A stretch of 64,000 bases of DNA from assembly GCF_009914755.1 (NCBI RefSeq), contig NC_060934.1; one strand, given 5' to 3'. Below the pieces are notes generated by a model that was not told the DNA's origin, did not search any database, and saw nothing but the letters and a program-made list of their open reading frames with translations. The DNA comes from the human T2T-CHM13v2.0 reference genome, Homo sapiens. Below, piece after piece: positions 13,799 through 26,132 of the stretch. Position 1 is the first letter of the stretch; each line of letters opens with the position of its first letter. The translations under genes and the position numbers were made by a program.

Positions 13799-15517
13799 CT
13801 CCGTTTGTTTGGGAGAAAGGAAGGGCAGAGAACAAGAGTTTCTGCCGGTAATCCAGAGAATTCTTCCGGATCTTATCCAAGACCACGAAGGCAGTACCTC
13901 TACCACAGTGTTAGTGCACTGGGGAATGCTCTAATGCAGATATGGCTTAGATCACAACCCAAGTCCTTTTGAATACCTGGAAAGCCTTCCTGGAAAGGAA
14001 CGCAGGTACAAACAAGCCCAGACATCAAAGAATACAATAAATACCTAACTCTTCAATGCTCAGACACCAACGAACTTCCACAAACATCAAGACCATCCAG
14101 GTCTTGTCCTCACCAAATGAACTAAATGAACTAAATAAGCACCGGGGACCAATCCTGGAGAAACAGAGATATGTGACCTTTCAGACAGATAATACAAAAT
14201 AGCCGTTTTGAGGAAACTCAAAGAAATTCAAGATATCACAGGGAAAGAATTCAGAATTCTATCAGATAAATTTAACAAAAAGATTAAAATAATTTAAAAG
14301 AAGCAGGAATCCTGGAGTTAAAAATACAATTTACATACTGAAGAATGCATGAGAGTCTCTTAATAGCAGAATTGATCAAGCAGAAGAAAGAATTAGCTTG
14401 AAGACAAGCTAGTTGAAAACACACAGTCAGAGGAGACAAAATAAAAAAGAATAGAAAAAGAATGAAGCCTACAAAATCTAGAAAATCAAAGGGGCAAATC
14501 TTTGGCCTTATTGGCCTTAAAGAGCAGGTAGAAAAAGAGATAGGTGTAGAAGTTAACAGATAACTTCCCAAACCTAGAGAAAGATACCAACTTCCAAGTA
14601 CAAGAATCTTATAGAATACTGAACAGATTTAACTCAAAGAAGGCATTTAATAATCAAACTCCCAAAGGTCAAAGATAAAGAAAGGATCTTAAAAGCAGCA
14701 AGAAAAGAGAAACAAATAACATAAAATGGAGCTCCAATATGTCTGGCAGCAGACTTTTCAGTGGAAACCTTACAGGCCAGGAGAGAGTGGCATGACGTAT
14801 TTAAAGTGCTGAAGGGGAAAAAATTCTACCCTAGAATAGTATATCTGGTAAAAATATCCTTTAAACATGAAGAAGAAATAAAGACTTTCCCAGACAAGCA
14901 AAAGCTGAGGGATTTCATAAACACTAGACCCACCCTGTAAGAAATGCTAAAGGGAGTACTTCAATCAGAAACTAGAGGATGTTAATGAGCAATAAGAAAT
15001 CATCTGAAGGTACAAAACTTCCTGGTGGTACTAAGTACACAGGAAAACATAGACTATTATAACACTGTAACACTATCATTACGCTGTAAAACTGTAAACA
15101 TAGACTATTATAACACTGTGTAAACTACCCTTATCTTCAGTAGAAACACTAAATGATGAACCAACCAAAAATAACTACAAAAACTTTTTGAGACATAGAC
15201 AGTACAATAAGATATAAATAGAAACAGCAAAAAGTTAAAAAGCGGGGGAAGAAGTTAAGTCATGAAGTTTTCATTAATTTTCTTTTTGCTTATTAGCTTA
15301 TTTGTTTATGCAAGCAGTATTATTATCAGCTAAAATAATGGGTTATAAGATAACCCAAGCCTCATGATAATCACAAATAAAAACATACAATGGATACACA
15401 AAAATAAAAATAAATTAAATCATACCACCACAGAAAATCATCTTCACTAAAAAGAAGACAGGAAGGAAGGAAAGAAGGAAGAGAAGGCCACAAAACAACC
15501 AGAAAACAAAGAACAAA

Positions 15518-18500
15518 ATGACAGGAATAAGTCATTACTTATCAATAGTAACATTGAATGGAAATGGACTAAACTCTCCAATAAAATACATAGAGTGGCT
15601 GAATGGGTAAAAAAAGAACCAAGACCCAATGACCTGTGGCCTACAAGAAACACACTTCACACATAAAGACACACATAGTCTGAAAATAGAGGGATGGAAA
15701 AAAGATATTCTATGCCAATGGAAACCAAAAAAGAGCAGGAGTAGCGATACTTATATCAGACAAAATAGATTTTAAGATAAAAACTGTAAGAGACAAAGAA
15801 GGTTACTATATAATGATAAAGGGGTCAATTTAGCAAGAGAATATAACAATCTTAAATATATATGCACCCAACACTGGAGCACCCTGATATATAAGGCAAA
15901 TATTTTTAGAGCTAAAGAGAGAGAAAGACCCTAATACAATAATAGCTGGAAATTTCAATACACCACTTTCAGCACTAGACAGATCTTCAAGAGAGAAAAT
16001 CAATAAAGAAACATCAGAGTTAATCTGCACTATAGAACAAATGGACCTAATAGATACTTCCAGAACATTTCATTCAATGGCTGCAAACTACACACTCTTT
16101 TCCTCAGCATATGGATTATTCTCAAGGATAGACCATGTTAGGTCACAAAGCAAATCTGAAAACATTCAAAAAGTTGAAATAATATCAAGCATCTTCTCTG
16201 GCCACAATGGAATAAAACTAGAAATCAATAACAGGAACATTGGTATCTATACAAACACATGGAAATTAAACAATGTGCTCCTGAATGACCAGTGGGTCAA
16301 TGAAGTGATTAAGAAGACAATTGGAAAATTTCTTGAAACATATGATAATGGAAACACAACACATCAAAACCTATGGGATACAGCAAAAGCAGTGCTAAGA
16401 GGGAAGTGTATAGCTTTAAGCACCTACATCAAAAAAGAAGAAAAACTTCAAATAAATAACCTGATGATGCATCTTGAAGAGCTAGAAAAGAAAGATAAAA
16501 TCAAACCCAAAATTAGTGGAAGAAGAAAAAAAAGATCTGAGCAGAAATCAATGAAATTGAAATGAAGAAAACAATACATTTATCTTTTTTTTTGAAAAGA
16601 GAAACATAATTGACAAATCTTTAGCCAGACCATGAAAAAAATAAGACCCAATAAATAAAATTAGTGATTAAAAAGGAGACATTACAACCAATACTGTAGA
16701 AATTTAAAGGATCATTAGTGGCTACTTTGAGCAACAATATGCCAATAAATTGGAAAACCTAGAAGAATGGGATAAATTTCTAGATACATCCAACCTTACC
16801 AAGATTGACCTATAAAGAAACCCAAAACCTGAACAGTGCAATAACAAGTAATGAGATCAAAGCCATAATAAAGTCTCCTAACAAAGAAAAGCCCAGGTCC
16901 CAGTGGCTTCACTGCTGAATTCTACCAAACGTTTAAAGAACCAAAGCAAAAATGGACAAATAGAATCATGGCGAGTTAAAAACCTTTTGCACAGCAAAGG
17001 AAACAATCCACGAAGTAAAGCAACTACCCACAGAATGGGAGAAAATATTTGCAAACTACCTATCTGGTAAGGGATTCATAACCACAATATATAAGGAGCT
17101 CAAACAGCTCTGTAGGAAAAAAATTAATAATCTGATTTAAAAATGGGCAAAAGATCAGAATAAACATTTCTCAAAAGAAGACATACAAATGGCAAACAGA
17201 TATATAAAAAGGTGATCTTATGTTTGGAAAAACCTAGATTCTACCAAAAAAACTATTCGAACTGATAAACAAATTTAGTAAAGCTGGAGGATACAAAATC
17301 AACATACAAAAATTAGTAAAATATATATGCCAGCAGCGAACAATCAGAAAAAGAAGTCAAGTAAGTAATCCCATTTACAATAGCTACAAATAAAATAAAA
17401 TACCTATAAATAACCGAAGAAGTGAAATATATTTACAATGAAACTATGAAACACTGATGCAAGAAATTGAAGAGGACGCACACAAAAAATGGAAAGATAT
17501 CCAATGTTCATGGATTGGAAGAATCAATATTGTTAAAAAGTCCATACTACCTAAGCAATCTACAGATTTAATGCAATTCCTATCAGAATATCAGTGACAT
17601 TCTTCACAGAAATGGAAAAAGTAAGGGTAAAATTTACGTGGAAACAGAATAGTCAAAGCTATCCCAAGCACAAAGAACAAAACTGGACAGCTCACATTAC
17701 CTGACTTCAAATTATACTACAGAGTTATGGTAACCAAAACAGCATGATACTGGAATAAAAAGAGACACATAGACCAATGGAACAAAACAGAGAACCTAGA
17801 AATAAGTCCATACATCTACAGTGAACTAATTTTTGACAAAGATGCCAACAACATACATTGGAGAAAGGATAATCTCTTCAATACATGGTCCTGGGAAAAC
17901 TGGATATCCATAGGCAGAAGAATGAAACTAGATCCCTATCTCTCATTATATAAAAAAGTTGAACCAAAATGGATTAAAGAGTTAAATCTAAGACCTCAAA
18001 CTGTGAAACCACTAAAAACATTGGGGAGACTCTCCAGGACATTGGAATGAGCAAAGATTTCTTAATACCCCACAAGCACAGGGAACCAAAGCAAAAATGG
18101 ACAAATAGAATCATGGCAAGTTAAAAACCTTTTGCACAGCAAAGGAAACAATCCACAAAGTAAAGCAACTACCCACAGAATGGGAGAAAATATTTGCAAA
18201 CTACCCAGCTGGTAAGGGATTCATAACCACAATATATAAGGAGCTCAAACAGCTCTGTAGGAAAAAAATTAATAATCTGATTTAAAAATGGGCAAAAGAT
18301 CAGAATAAACATTTCTCAAAAGAAGGCATACAAATGGCAAACAGATATATAAAAAGGTGCTCAACATCATTGATCATCAGAGAAATGCAAATCAAAACTA
18401 CAATGAATATCATTTTGCCCCACTTACAATGGCTTTTATTCAAAAGACAGGCTGTAAGAAATGCTGGCGAGGATGTGGAGAAAAGGGAACCCTTGTACAC

Positions 18501-18790
18501 TGTTGGTAGGAATGTAAATTAGTACAAACTTTATGGAGAACAGTTTGGAGGTGAAATAACTAAAAATAGAGGTACCATACCATCCAGCAATCCCATTCCT
18601 AGGTATATAGTTAAAAGAAAGGAAATCAGTATATCAAAGAGATATCTACACTCCTCTGTTTATTGCAGCACTATTCATAATAGCCAAGTTTTGGAAGCAA
18701 CCTAACTGTCCATTAACAGATGAATGGATAAAAATTATGGTACATATATTCAATAGAGTATTGTTCAGCCATTAAAAAGAATGAGATTGA
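15518..18790 (+). pseudogene. Disrupted L1 ORF2 (endonuclease/RT) remnant; RT core deleted
   Basis: ORF 16041-16565 (SRIDH, SDH-like [24 protein letters not shown]) and 18334-18522 ([15 protein letters not shown]) are L1 ORF2p fragments; many stops and frameshifts. Confidence 0.85.
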
Positions 18791-21700
18791 ACTGGAGGTC
18801 ATTATATTAAGTGAAATAAGACAGGAACAGAAAGACAATTTTTGCATGTTCTCACATATTTTTGGGGGCTAAAAAATGAAAAACAATTTAATTCATGGGA
18901 ATAGAAAGTAGAAGAATAGTTACCAGGGGCTGGGAAGTATAGTGTGTGTTGGGGATTATGGGGTAGAGTGGGGATGGTTAATAGGTAGAAAAAATAGTTA
19001 GAAAGAATGAATAAGACCTAGTATTTGCTAGCACAACAGGGTGACTAAGGTGAAAAATAATTTAATTGTACATCTTAAAATAACTAAAAGAGCATAATTA
19101 GATTATTTGTAACATAAAGGAGAAATGCTTGAGGGGATGGATACCCCATTTATCCTGATGTGATTATTATACATTGCATGCCTGTATCAAAATATCTCAT
19201 GTAATCCATAAGTATATACACTTACTATGTACTGACAAAAATTAAAAACATTTAAAAAATTGTCAAAAGTAAAAGACAAATAATTTTGAAGGCAGCAAGA
19301 GAAAAGCAACATATTACCTTCAGGGAATCCCACCCATAATACTATCAGCATATTTTTTCAGCAGAAACTTTGCGGGACAGTAAAGAGTGGGATGATATAT
19401 TCAAAAGCTGAAAGAAATAAACTGCCAACCAAGAATACTAAACCCAGCAAAACTATTATCTACAAATGAAGAAGAGATAAAGACTTTCCCAGACAAACAA
19501 AACTGAAGGTTTTCACTACTAGACCTGCCTTATAAGAAGTACTTAAGGGAGTTTCTCAAACTGAAACTAAAGGATACTAAATAGCAACATAAAAGCATAT
19601 GATAATGTAAATCTTAGTGGTAAAGGTAAATACATAGACAAAAACAAAATAATGTAATACTGTGACAATGATGCATAATTTACTTTTCATCTTTGTGGAA
19701 ATGTTAAAAGACAAATATATTAAGAATAATTATGATCACAAAAATGTGTTAGTGGATACACAATACAAAAAGAGGTAAATTTTGACATCAATAACATGAA
19801 GTGTGTTTGTAGAGGAGGGAAAATATAGTTTTTATATGTGATTTGAGTTAGGTTGTTATTAACTTAAACCGTTTTAACTATAAGAAGTTTTAGGTAACCC
19901 TCATGAAAAACACAAGGAACAAAACCTATAGTAGGTACAGATAAGATAAAGAGAAACGAATCAAAGTGTATCACTACAAAAATCTTCAAATTACAAAGGA
20001 GGATAGCAAGAGAGGAAGAGTGGAACAAAAGAACAACAAAACAGACATAAAACAACTAACAAAATGGCAATGATAAGTGTTTACATATTGATAATTACTT
20101 TAAATGTTAATGAATTAAACTCATCAGTCAAAAGATATAAAGTGGCTGAATAAATCAATAAGGTCAACAATATGCTGTCTACAAGAGGCTCACTTTAGAT
20201 TTAAGTACACACATAGGCTGAAAGCAAAGGGATGAAAAAATAACATTTAATGCAAATGGTAACCAATAGAGTGCAGGGATGGTGACATTTAGACAAAGTG
20301 GACTTTATGTTAAAAACTACAAAAAAGATAAAGATCATTACATAATAAAATTGTCAATTCAACAGGAAGATATACAAATTAAAAATATGTATGCACCCAA
20401 CATCAGAGCATGCACGTATATGGAGCAAACACTGACAAATTTAAAGGAAAAAATATGCAGCAGTACAAGAATAGCAGGAGACTTTAATACTCCACTTTTA
20501 ATAATGGATAGATGATCCAGACAGAAGATCAGTGAGGACATAGTAGACTTAAATAACACTGTAGACCAAATGGACTTAACAGACGTATACAGAATGCTCT
20601 ATACAGCAGCAAAAGAATATACATTGTTCTCAAGCACACATGAAACATTCACCAGGATAGATCACATGCTAGGTCACAAAACAAGTCTTAAAAGTCTTAA
20701 GAAAATGGAAATCACTTCAAGTATCTTTTCTGACCACAGTGGAATGAAACTAGAAACCAATAACAAAAGAAAAACAAGAAAATTCACAAATACATGGGAA
20801 TTAAACAACATATTATTGAACTATTGGGTCAAAGAAGAAATCAAAAGGGATGTTAGAAAATAACCTCAAGACAAATGAAATTACAGCATAGCTAAATTCA
20901 TGGGACACAGCAGAAGCAGTACTAAGAGGGAAGTACTGATAAATGCTTAAATTATAAAAGAAGAAAGATATCAACTACACAATCTAACTTTACCTTTGTG
21001 GGAAGAAGAAACTAAGTCCAAAGTTAGCTGAAGGAAGAGATAATAAAGATTAGATAGAAATAAATAAAATGGAGAACAGAAAACAATCAACAGAAGTAAG
21101 AATTGGTTTTTTGAGAAGATAACAAATCCTTAACTAAGAAAAAAATGAGAGAAGACTCAAATAAATAAAATCAGAAAGAAAAGAAGAGACATTACAATTG
21201 ATGCAACAGAGGTTAAAAAGACCATAAGGGACTATAAGAACAATTATATACCACCATGCTAGCCTAGAAGTAATGAATATCCTAAAAACCTACAACCTCA
21301 CAAGACTGAATGAAGAAGAAATACCCTAAATAGATTAATATCAATAACAAATAAGGAAATTGAATCAGTAATAAAAAAAATCTCCCAAGAAATACAAGCC
21401 CAGGACCAGATGGCTTAACAGATGAATTCTACCAAACATCTAAAAATTGATACAAATTCTTCTTAATCTCTTCCAGAAAATAAAACAGTAGAGGATACTT
21501 CCAAACTCATTTTATGGGGCCAGCATCACCCTGATACCAAAGTCAGAGAATGAGACCGCAAGAAAACTGCAGGTCAGTATCCCTGATGAATATGAATGTA
21601 AAAATCCCCAACAAAATATTAGCAAACCAAATTCAACAGTACCTTAAAAAGATCCTACACCACGACCAAGTGGAATTTATCCCTGGAATGCAAGAATGAT

Positions 21701-22164
21701 TCAATACATGCAAATCAATTAACATGATACTATGTGATTCATTAACAGAATGAAGAATAAAAATATTAGATTTTCTATTTCTTCTTGTGTCTATTTTGAT
21801 AAATTTTTAAAAGAAATTTTTATATTTTATCTAAGTTTTCAAAAAATTTGTGCACAGTATTTGGTAAAATTTCTTTATTATTCTCTTAATGTCCATAGAA
21901 TCTGCAGTGATATTCCCCTTTTCATTCCTGCTATTAGTAATATGTATTATTTCTCTTTTTTTCCTGCTCAGTACAGCTAGAAAGATACTAATTTTGTTGA
22001 GCTTTTAAATGGTCAAATTTTGTTAATTTTGTCTATTGTTTCTCTGTTATTTTATTGTTTTCTGCCCACATATTTATTATTTTTCTTCCTTCTACTTACT
22101 TTGGATTTACTTTGATTTTTTTTTCCTAGCTTCTTAAAATAGAAATCAGGTCACTGATTTTAGA

Positions 22165-22559
22165 CCTTTCCCTTCCTTCCTCCCTCCCTCCCTTCCTTCC
22201 TTCTTCCTTCCCTCCCTCCCTTCTTTCTCTTTTTCTCCTCTCCTCTCCTCTCCTCTCCCCTCCTCTCCCCTCCCCTCCCCTCCCCTCTCCCCTCCCCTCC
22301 CCTCCCCTCTCCCCTCCCCTCCCCTCCCCTCTCCCATCCCCTCCTCTCTCTTCCTTCCTTCTTCCCTCCCTCCCTTCTTTCTCTTTTTCTCCTCTCCTCT
22401 CCCCTCCTCTCCCCTCCCCTCCCTTCTCCCCTCCCCTCCTCTCCTCTCCCCTCCCCTCCCCTCCCCTCCTCTCCTCTCCCCTCCCCTCCCCTCCTCTCAT
22501 CTCCCCTCCCCTCCCCTCCCCTCCTCTCCTTTCCCCTCCTCTCCTCTTTTCTTTTTCTT
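22165..22559. repeat. Polypyrimidine low-complexity tract (CCTT/CCCCT/CCTCT), expanded tail of the adjacent AluJ
   Basis: Nearly pure C/T for ~395 bp, abutting the Alu 3' end. Confidence 0.95.
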
Positions 22560-22852
22560 ATAGGATCTCACTCTGTCACCCAGGCTTGGGTACAGTGGCA
22601 TAATTATAGTTCACTGTAGTCTCAAACTCTTAGGCTCAAGATAGCCTCCTGTCTTGGTCTCCTGAGTGGCTGGGACTGCAGTCATGTATCACCATGCCCA
22701 GCTAACTTATTATTTTATTATTATTATTATTTTTGTAGAGACTGAGTTTTGCTACATTGACCAGGTTGGTCTTGAACCTCTGGCTCAAGCAATTCTCTTG
22801 CCTTGGCCTCCCACAGCACTGGGATTACAGGCATGAGCCACCATGTCCAGGC
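22560..22852 (-). mobile_element. AluJ
   Basis: ggatctcactctgtcacccagg...ggctcaag...gggattacaggcatgagccaccatgtccaggc. Confidence 0.9.
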
Positions 22853-22911
22853 TTTTTTTTTTTCTTTTTCTAAAATAAGCATGTAATGCCATAAATTTTC
22901 CTCTAAGCACT

Positions 22912-23789
22912 TGTCATAGGCTGAATAATGACTTCTCCAACTGTTTTCACATCCTAATCCCAGGAATTTGTGCATATCTTATATGGCAAAAGAAACTTTG
23001 AGCATGTAATTAAATTAAGGATTTTGAAATGAGGATATTATCCTGGATTATCAAGGTGGGCTTCATGTAATTACAATGATCCTTATAAGAAGGAAGCATG
23101 AAGAGTCAGAGCCAGAGTCAGAGCAGAATGAATTGTGATGAAGCAGAGACTGGAGTGATACACTTTGAAAATGGAGGAAGGGGCCACAAGCCGAGATATA
23201 CAGGCTTCCACTGAAAGTGGAAAAAGGCAAGAGAATTGATTCTTTCTTCAGAGCTTCTTGAAGGAAGCAGTCCTGCTGACACCTTGACTTCAGTGCAGTG
23301 CAACTGATTTCAGAATTCTGATCTCTAGAACTGTAAAAGCACAAATTAGTGAGGGTGTGTGTTTTAAAAGCAACCCAGTGCTATGGTTTGAATGTGTTCC
23401 TCACAAAGCATGTGTTGGAAACTTAATCACCAATGCAACAGTGTCAGAAGGTGGGTCCTAATAAGAGGTGATTAGGCCACGGGAGAATTGCCATTAATGT
23501 GGATTAATGTTATTATGAGAGTGGGTTCATTATAAAAGGATTAATTTGGCCCCCTCTTGTTTCTCTCACACCCTCTCTTTGCCTTTCCACCATGGGATAA
23601 TGCAGTAAGAAGGCCCTTGCAGATCCAGTCCCTCAATCTTGGACTTGCCAGCCTCCAGAACCGTGAGTCAATACATTTCTATTTATTATAAATTACTCAG
23701 TCCACGGTATTCTGTTATAGCAACACAAAATGGAACTAAGGTACTCAGTTTGTGGTAATTTGTTACAGTAGCAAAAGGAAACTAGTACA
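22912..23789 (+). mobile_element. MLT1D-like MaLR LTR, split by a nested MST LTR
   Basis: tgtcataggctgaataatg...catcctaatcccagg...ggaaggggccacaagcc; resumes at 23744 to end actagtaca; decayed TSD gcact/atact. Confidence 0.85.
23379..23743 (+). mobile_element. MST-type MaLR LTR nested in MLT1D
   Basis: tgctatggtttgaatgtg...gtattctgttatagcaacacaaaatggaactaag; TSD cccag (23374-23378) / ctcag (23744-23748). Confidence 0.85.
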
Positions 23790-23865
23790 ATACTGCTTTA
23801 GTGACAGCCCACATTTTTGCACATGTAAATTTATTATCAGTTCAAAATATTTTCTAATTTCCTTT

Positions 23866-24626
23866 TGTGTGTTTTGTTTTTTCTGATACCAGATGTGTGT
23901 ATTTTCCCAGCAGCAATCAATTCTTCAATTCTCTGACACCAAATAAGTGTCCAAGAATACACTTTAATTCTATACTGACACTAACTATACTAACTAACCA
24001 GGGTTAGTCCAGACCTCACAGATCAAGGGCTCAGTTCTACAAGATTGCCCTCACTTCAGATGCTAGCCAAAAATGGGGTCCCCAAGCTGCCCACACTTCT
24101 CTTCATGAGAATTTGTAGTCACAGATTCAGTGGTTCCCATGACTCATGCCTCAGGTTTGATAATTTGCTAGAACTCACAGAATTTAGGAAAGTGCTTTAT
24201 TATATTTACCAGTTTATGATAAAGAATAGAACTCAAGAGCAACTAAATGGAAGAAATGCATACAGCAAGGCACAGGATGGGGATGGGAGAAACATAGAAC
24301 TTTGTTTCTAAACCTTATCATTTAGGGGTTTATATGGAAGCCTCTTACATAGACTCCATTGATTGAATCATTGGCCATAGGTAATTTAACTCAACTTCCA
24401 GCTCCTCTTCCCTCTCTGGAGGTTGGGGAATAGGGCTGAAAGTTCTAACTCTAATCATGTGGTTCATTTTTCTGTTGACCGGCTCTCATCTAGAAGCTGT
24501 CTAGGGCTCGCCCTCCATGATTCACCTCATTAGCTTACAAAAGACTGTAAATTCCAACTGTTACAGGAGCTCTGTGCCATGAACTGGGAACAATGACCAA
24601 ATATCTACTTGTTTTATTATATCATA
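23866..24626 (-). mobile_element. MER21-type ERVL LTR
   Basis: ctgacacc...aagggctcagttctacaagattgccctcacttcagatgc...aggtttgataatttgctagaac...gggctgaaagttc. Confidence 0.75.
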
Positions 24627-25689
24627 TCTTTGATCCGTTAAGTTTTTAGAAGTATGTTATTTAATTTCTAAGTATTTTCGAATTTTACTGGATCTCTTTG
24701 GTTTTTGATTTCCAATTCTATTGTCATCAGACAGTACATTCTGTATGATTTCAATCCTTTAATTTTATTGAAACTTGTTTTAACTCCAGCATATGGTCTA
24801 TTGTGGTGAACAGGTCATGTGCTCTTAAAAATGATGTGTGTTCTGCTGTTGCTGGGCATAGTGTTCTTTGAATGTCAATTAGGCTAATGTGGTTGACGCT
24901 GTTACTCAGAAATTTATGTCTCGTTACCTATCTAGTTTTTCTATCAATGATAAATAAAATGGCAGAGAGAAAGCTATGTTAAATCTCCAACCAGGATTGT
25001 AAATTTGACTGTGTAAATCTATTTTGCTTTATAGATTTTTGAAGCTCTGTTATCAGAAAAATCTATACTTATTGTTTTGTCTTCCTGATATGTTGCTGCT
25101 TTTCACATTGGGAAATCCCCTTTATCTGTGATAAATTTTGTGTTCTTGATGTCTATTTTATCTCATGATAACATAATAACTCTAGGCTTCTTATGCCTGA
25201 TATTTGCATAATCCATCTTTTTCTATCTATTTTCTTTCAACTACCTGGGTCTTTAGATTTAAAGTGTGTCTCTTACTGACTGCATATAGTTGGGCCTTGC
25301 TTTGTTATTATTTTCATGATCTTGTCTTTTAATTAGAGTGTCTTTTAATTAGATCTTGTCTTTTAATTAGTCCATTTACATTTAATATAATTTATTATAT
25401 GACTGAATTTTGTTTTACCATTTTTCTACTCGTTTACTCATCTGTTTTTTTGTTTCTCTGTTGCTCATTTCTGGCCTTCTTTTGGATTTATTGAATATTT
25501 TAAGAATTCCATGTTATTCTTATTATTATATATTTGAATTAGTTTTGTTTTAAGAGGTAGCTATAAGGATTACAACATATTTCCCTATCTTTTCCCAATT
25601 GCCTTTCAGATTGTACCACTTCACACAAAACTTAAGAATTTTGTAAATGCATAGGTCTGTTAAGCCTCCATGCGTTACATTATAGTTGT

Positions 25690-26132
25690 GGCCATAGTTC
25701 GGTTTGTTTGACCCCTCCAAATCTCATGTTGAAATTTGATCTCCAGTGTTGGAGATGGGTCCTAATGGGAGGATTTTGGGTCATGGGGGCAGATCCCTCA
25801 TGAATGGTTCAGTGCCATCTCGTGGTAATGTGTGAGAGTTCTTGTTCTTTTAGTTCCCAAGAGAGATAGTTGTTTAAAACAGTCTGGCACCAACCTCTTT
25901 GCTCTCTTGCTTTCTCTCTTACCATGTGATGTCTATACACACCAGCCTCATCTTTCCCTTCTGCCATGAGCGGTAGCAGATTGGGGCTTTCATTAGAAGT
26001 AGATATTGGTGCCCCCCAACCCCCACAATGCTTCTTATCCAGTCTGCAGATCGATGGGCCAAATAAACCTCTTTTCTTTATAAATTACCGAGACTCAGGT
26101 ATTTCTTATAGAAACAGAAACAGACTAAGACA
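25690..26132 (+). mobile_element. MSTB-type MaLR solo LTR
   Basis: gtttgacccctccaaatctcatgttgaaatttgatc...aaacagactaagaca; perfect TSD gttgt (25685-25689, 26133-26137). Confidence 0.9.

Larger units (their letters stand above)
12009..19256 (+). mobile_element. Full-length, decayed L1MA2/L1MA3-type LINE-1 (L1M1-type 5'UTR)
   Basis: 5' gaacaagacggctgaataga; ~2 kb repetitive 5'UTR; ORF1 ~14110-14985; ORF2 ATG 15518 (MTGISHYLSIVTLNGNGLNSPIK); 3'UTR gatggataccccatttatcctgatgtgatt...; TSD aaattgtcaaaa at 11997-12008 and 19257-19268. Confidence 0.9.
10339..21767 (+). mobile_element. L1M element with 5'UTR, ORF1 and ORF2 up to early RT, 3'-truncated; hosts AluY and L1MA insertions
   Basis: 5' caagatgg start; ORF1 remnants ~11030-11996 and 19269-19580; ORF2 ATG 20064 (MAMISVYILIITLNVNELNS); EN remnant ORF 20570-20863; flanked by agattttcta at 10329-10338 and 21768-21777. 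Confidence 0.85.

Noticed and set aside
16041-16565. 174-aa ORF as a gene
   Set aside because: Fragment of decayed L1 ORF2 bounded by frameshifts and stops; same for 20279-20515 and 20570-20863
22126-22500. G/E/R-rich 124-aa ORF
   Set aside because: Translation of a simple repeat
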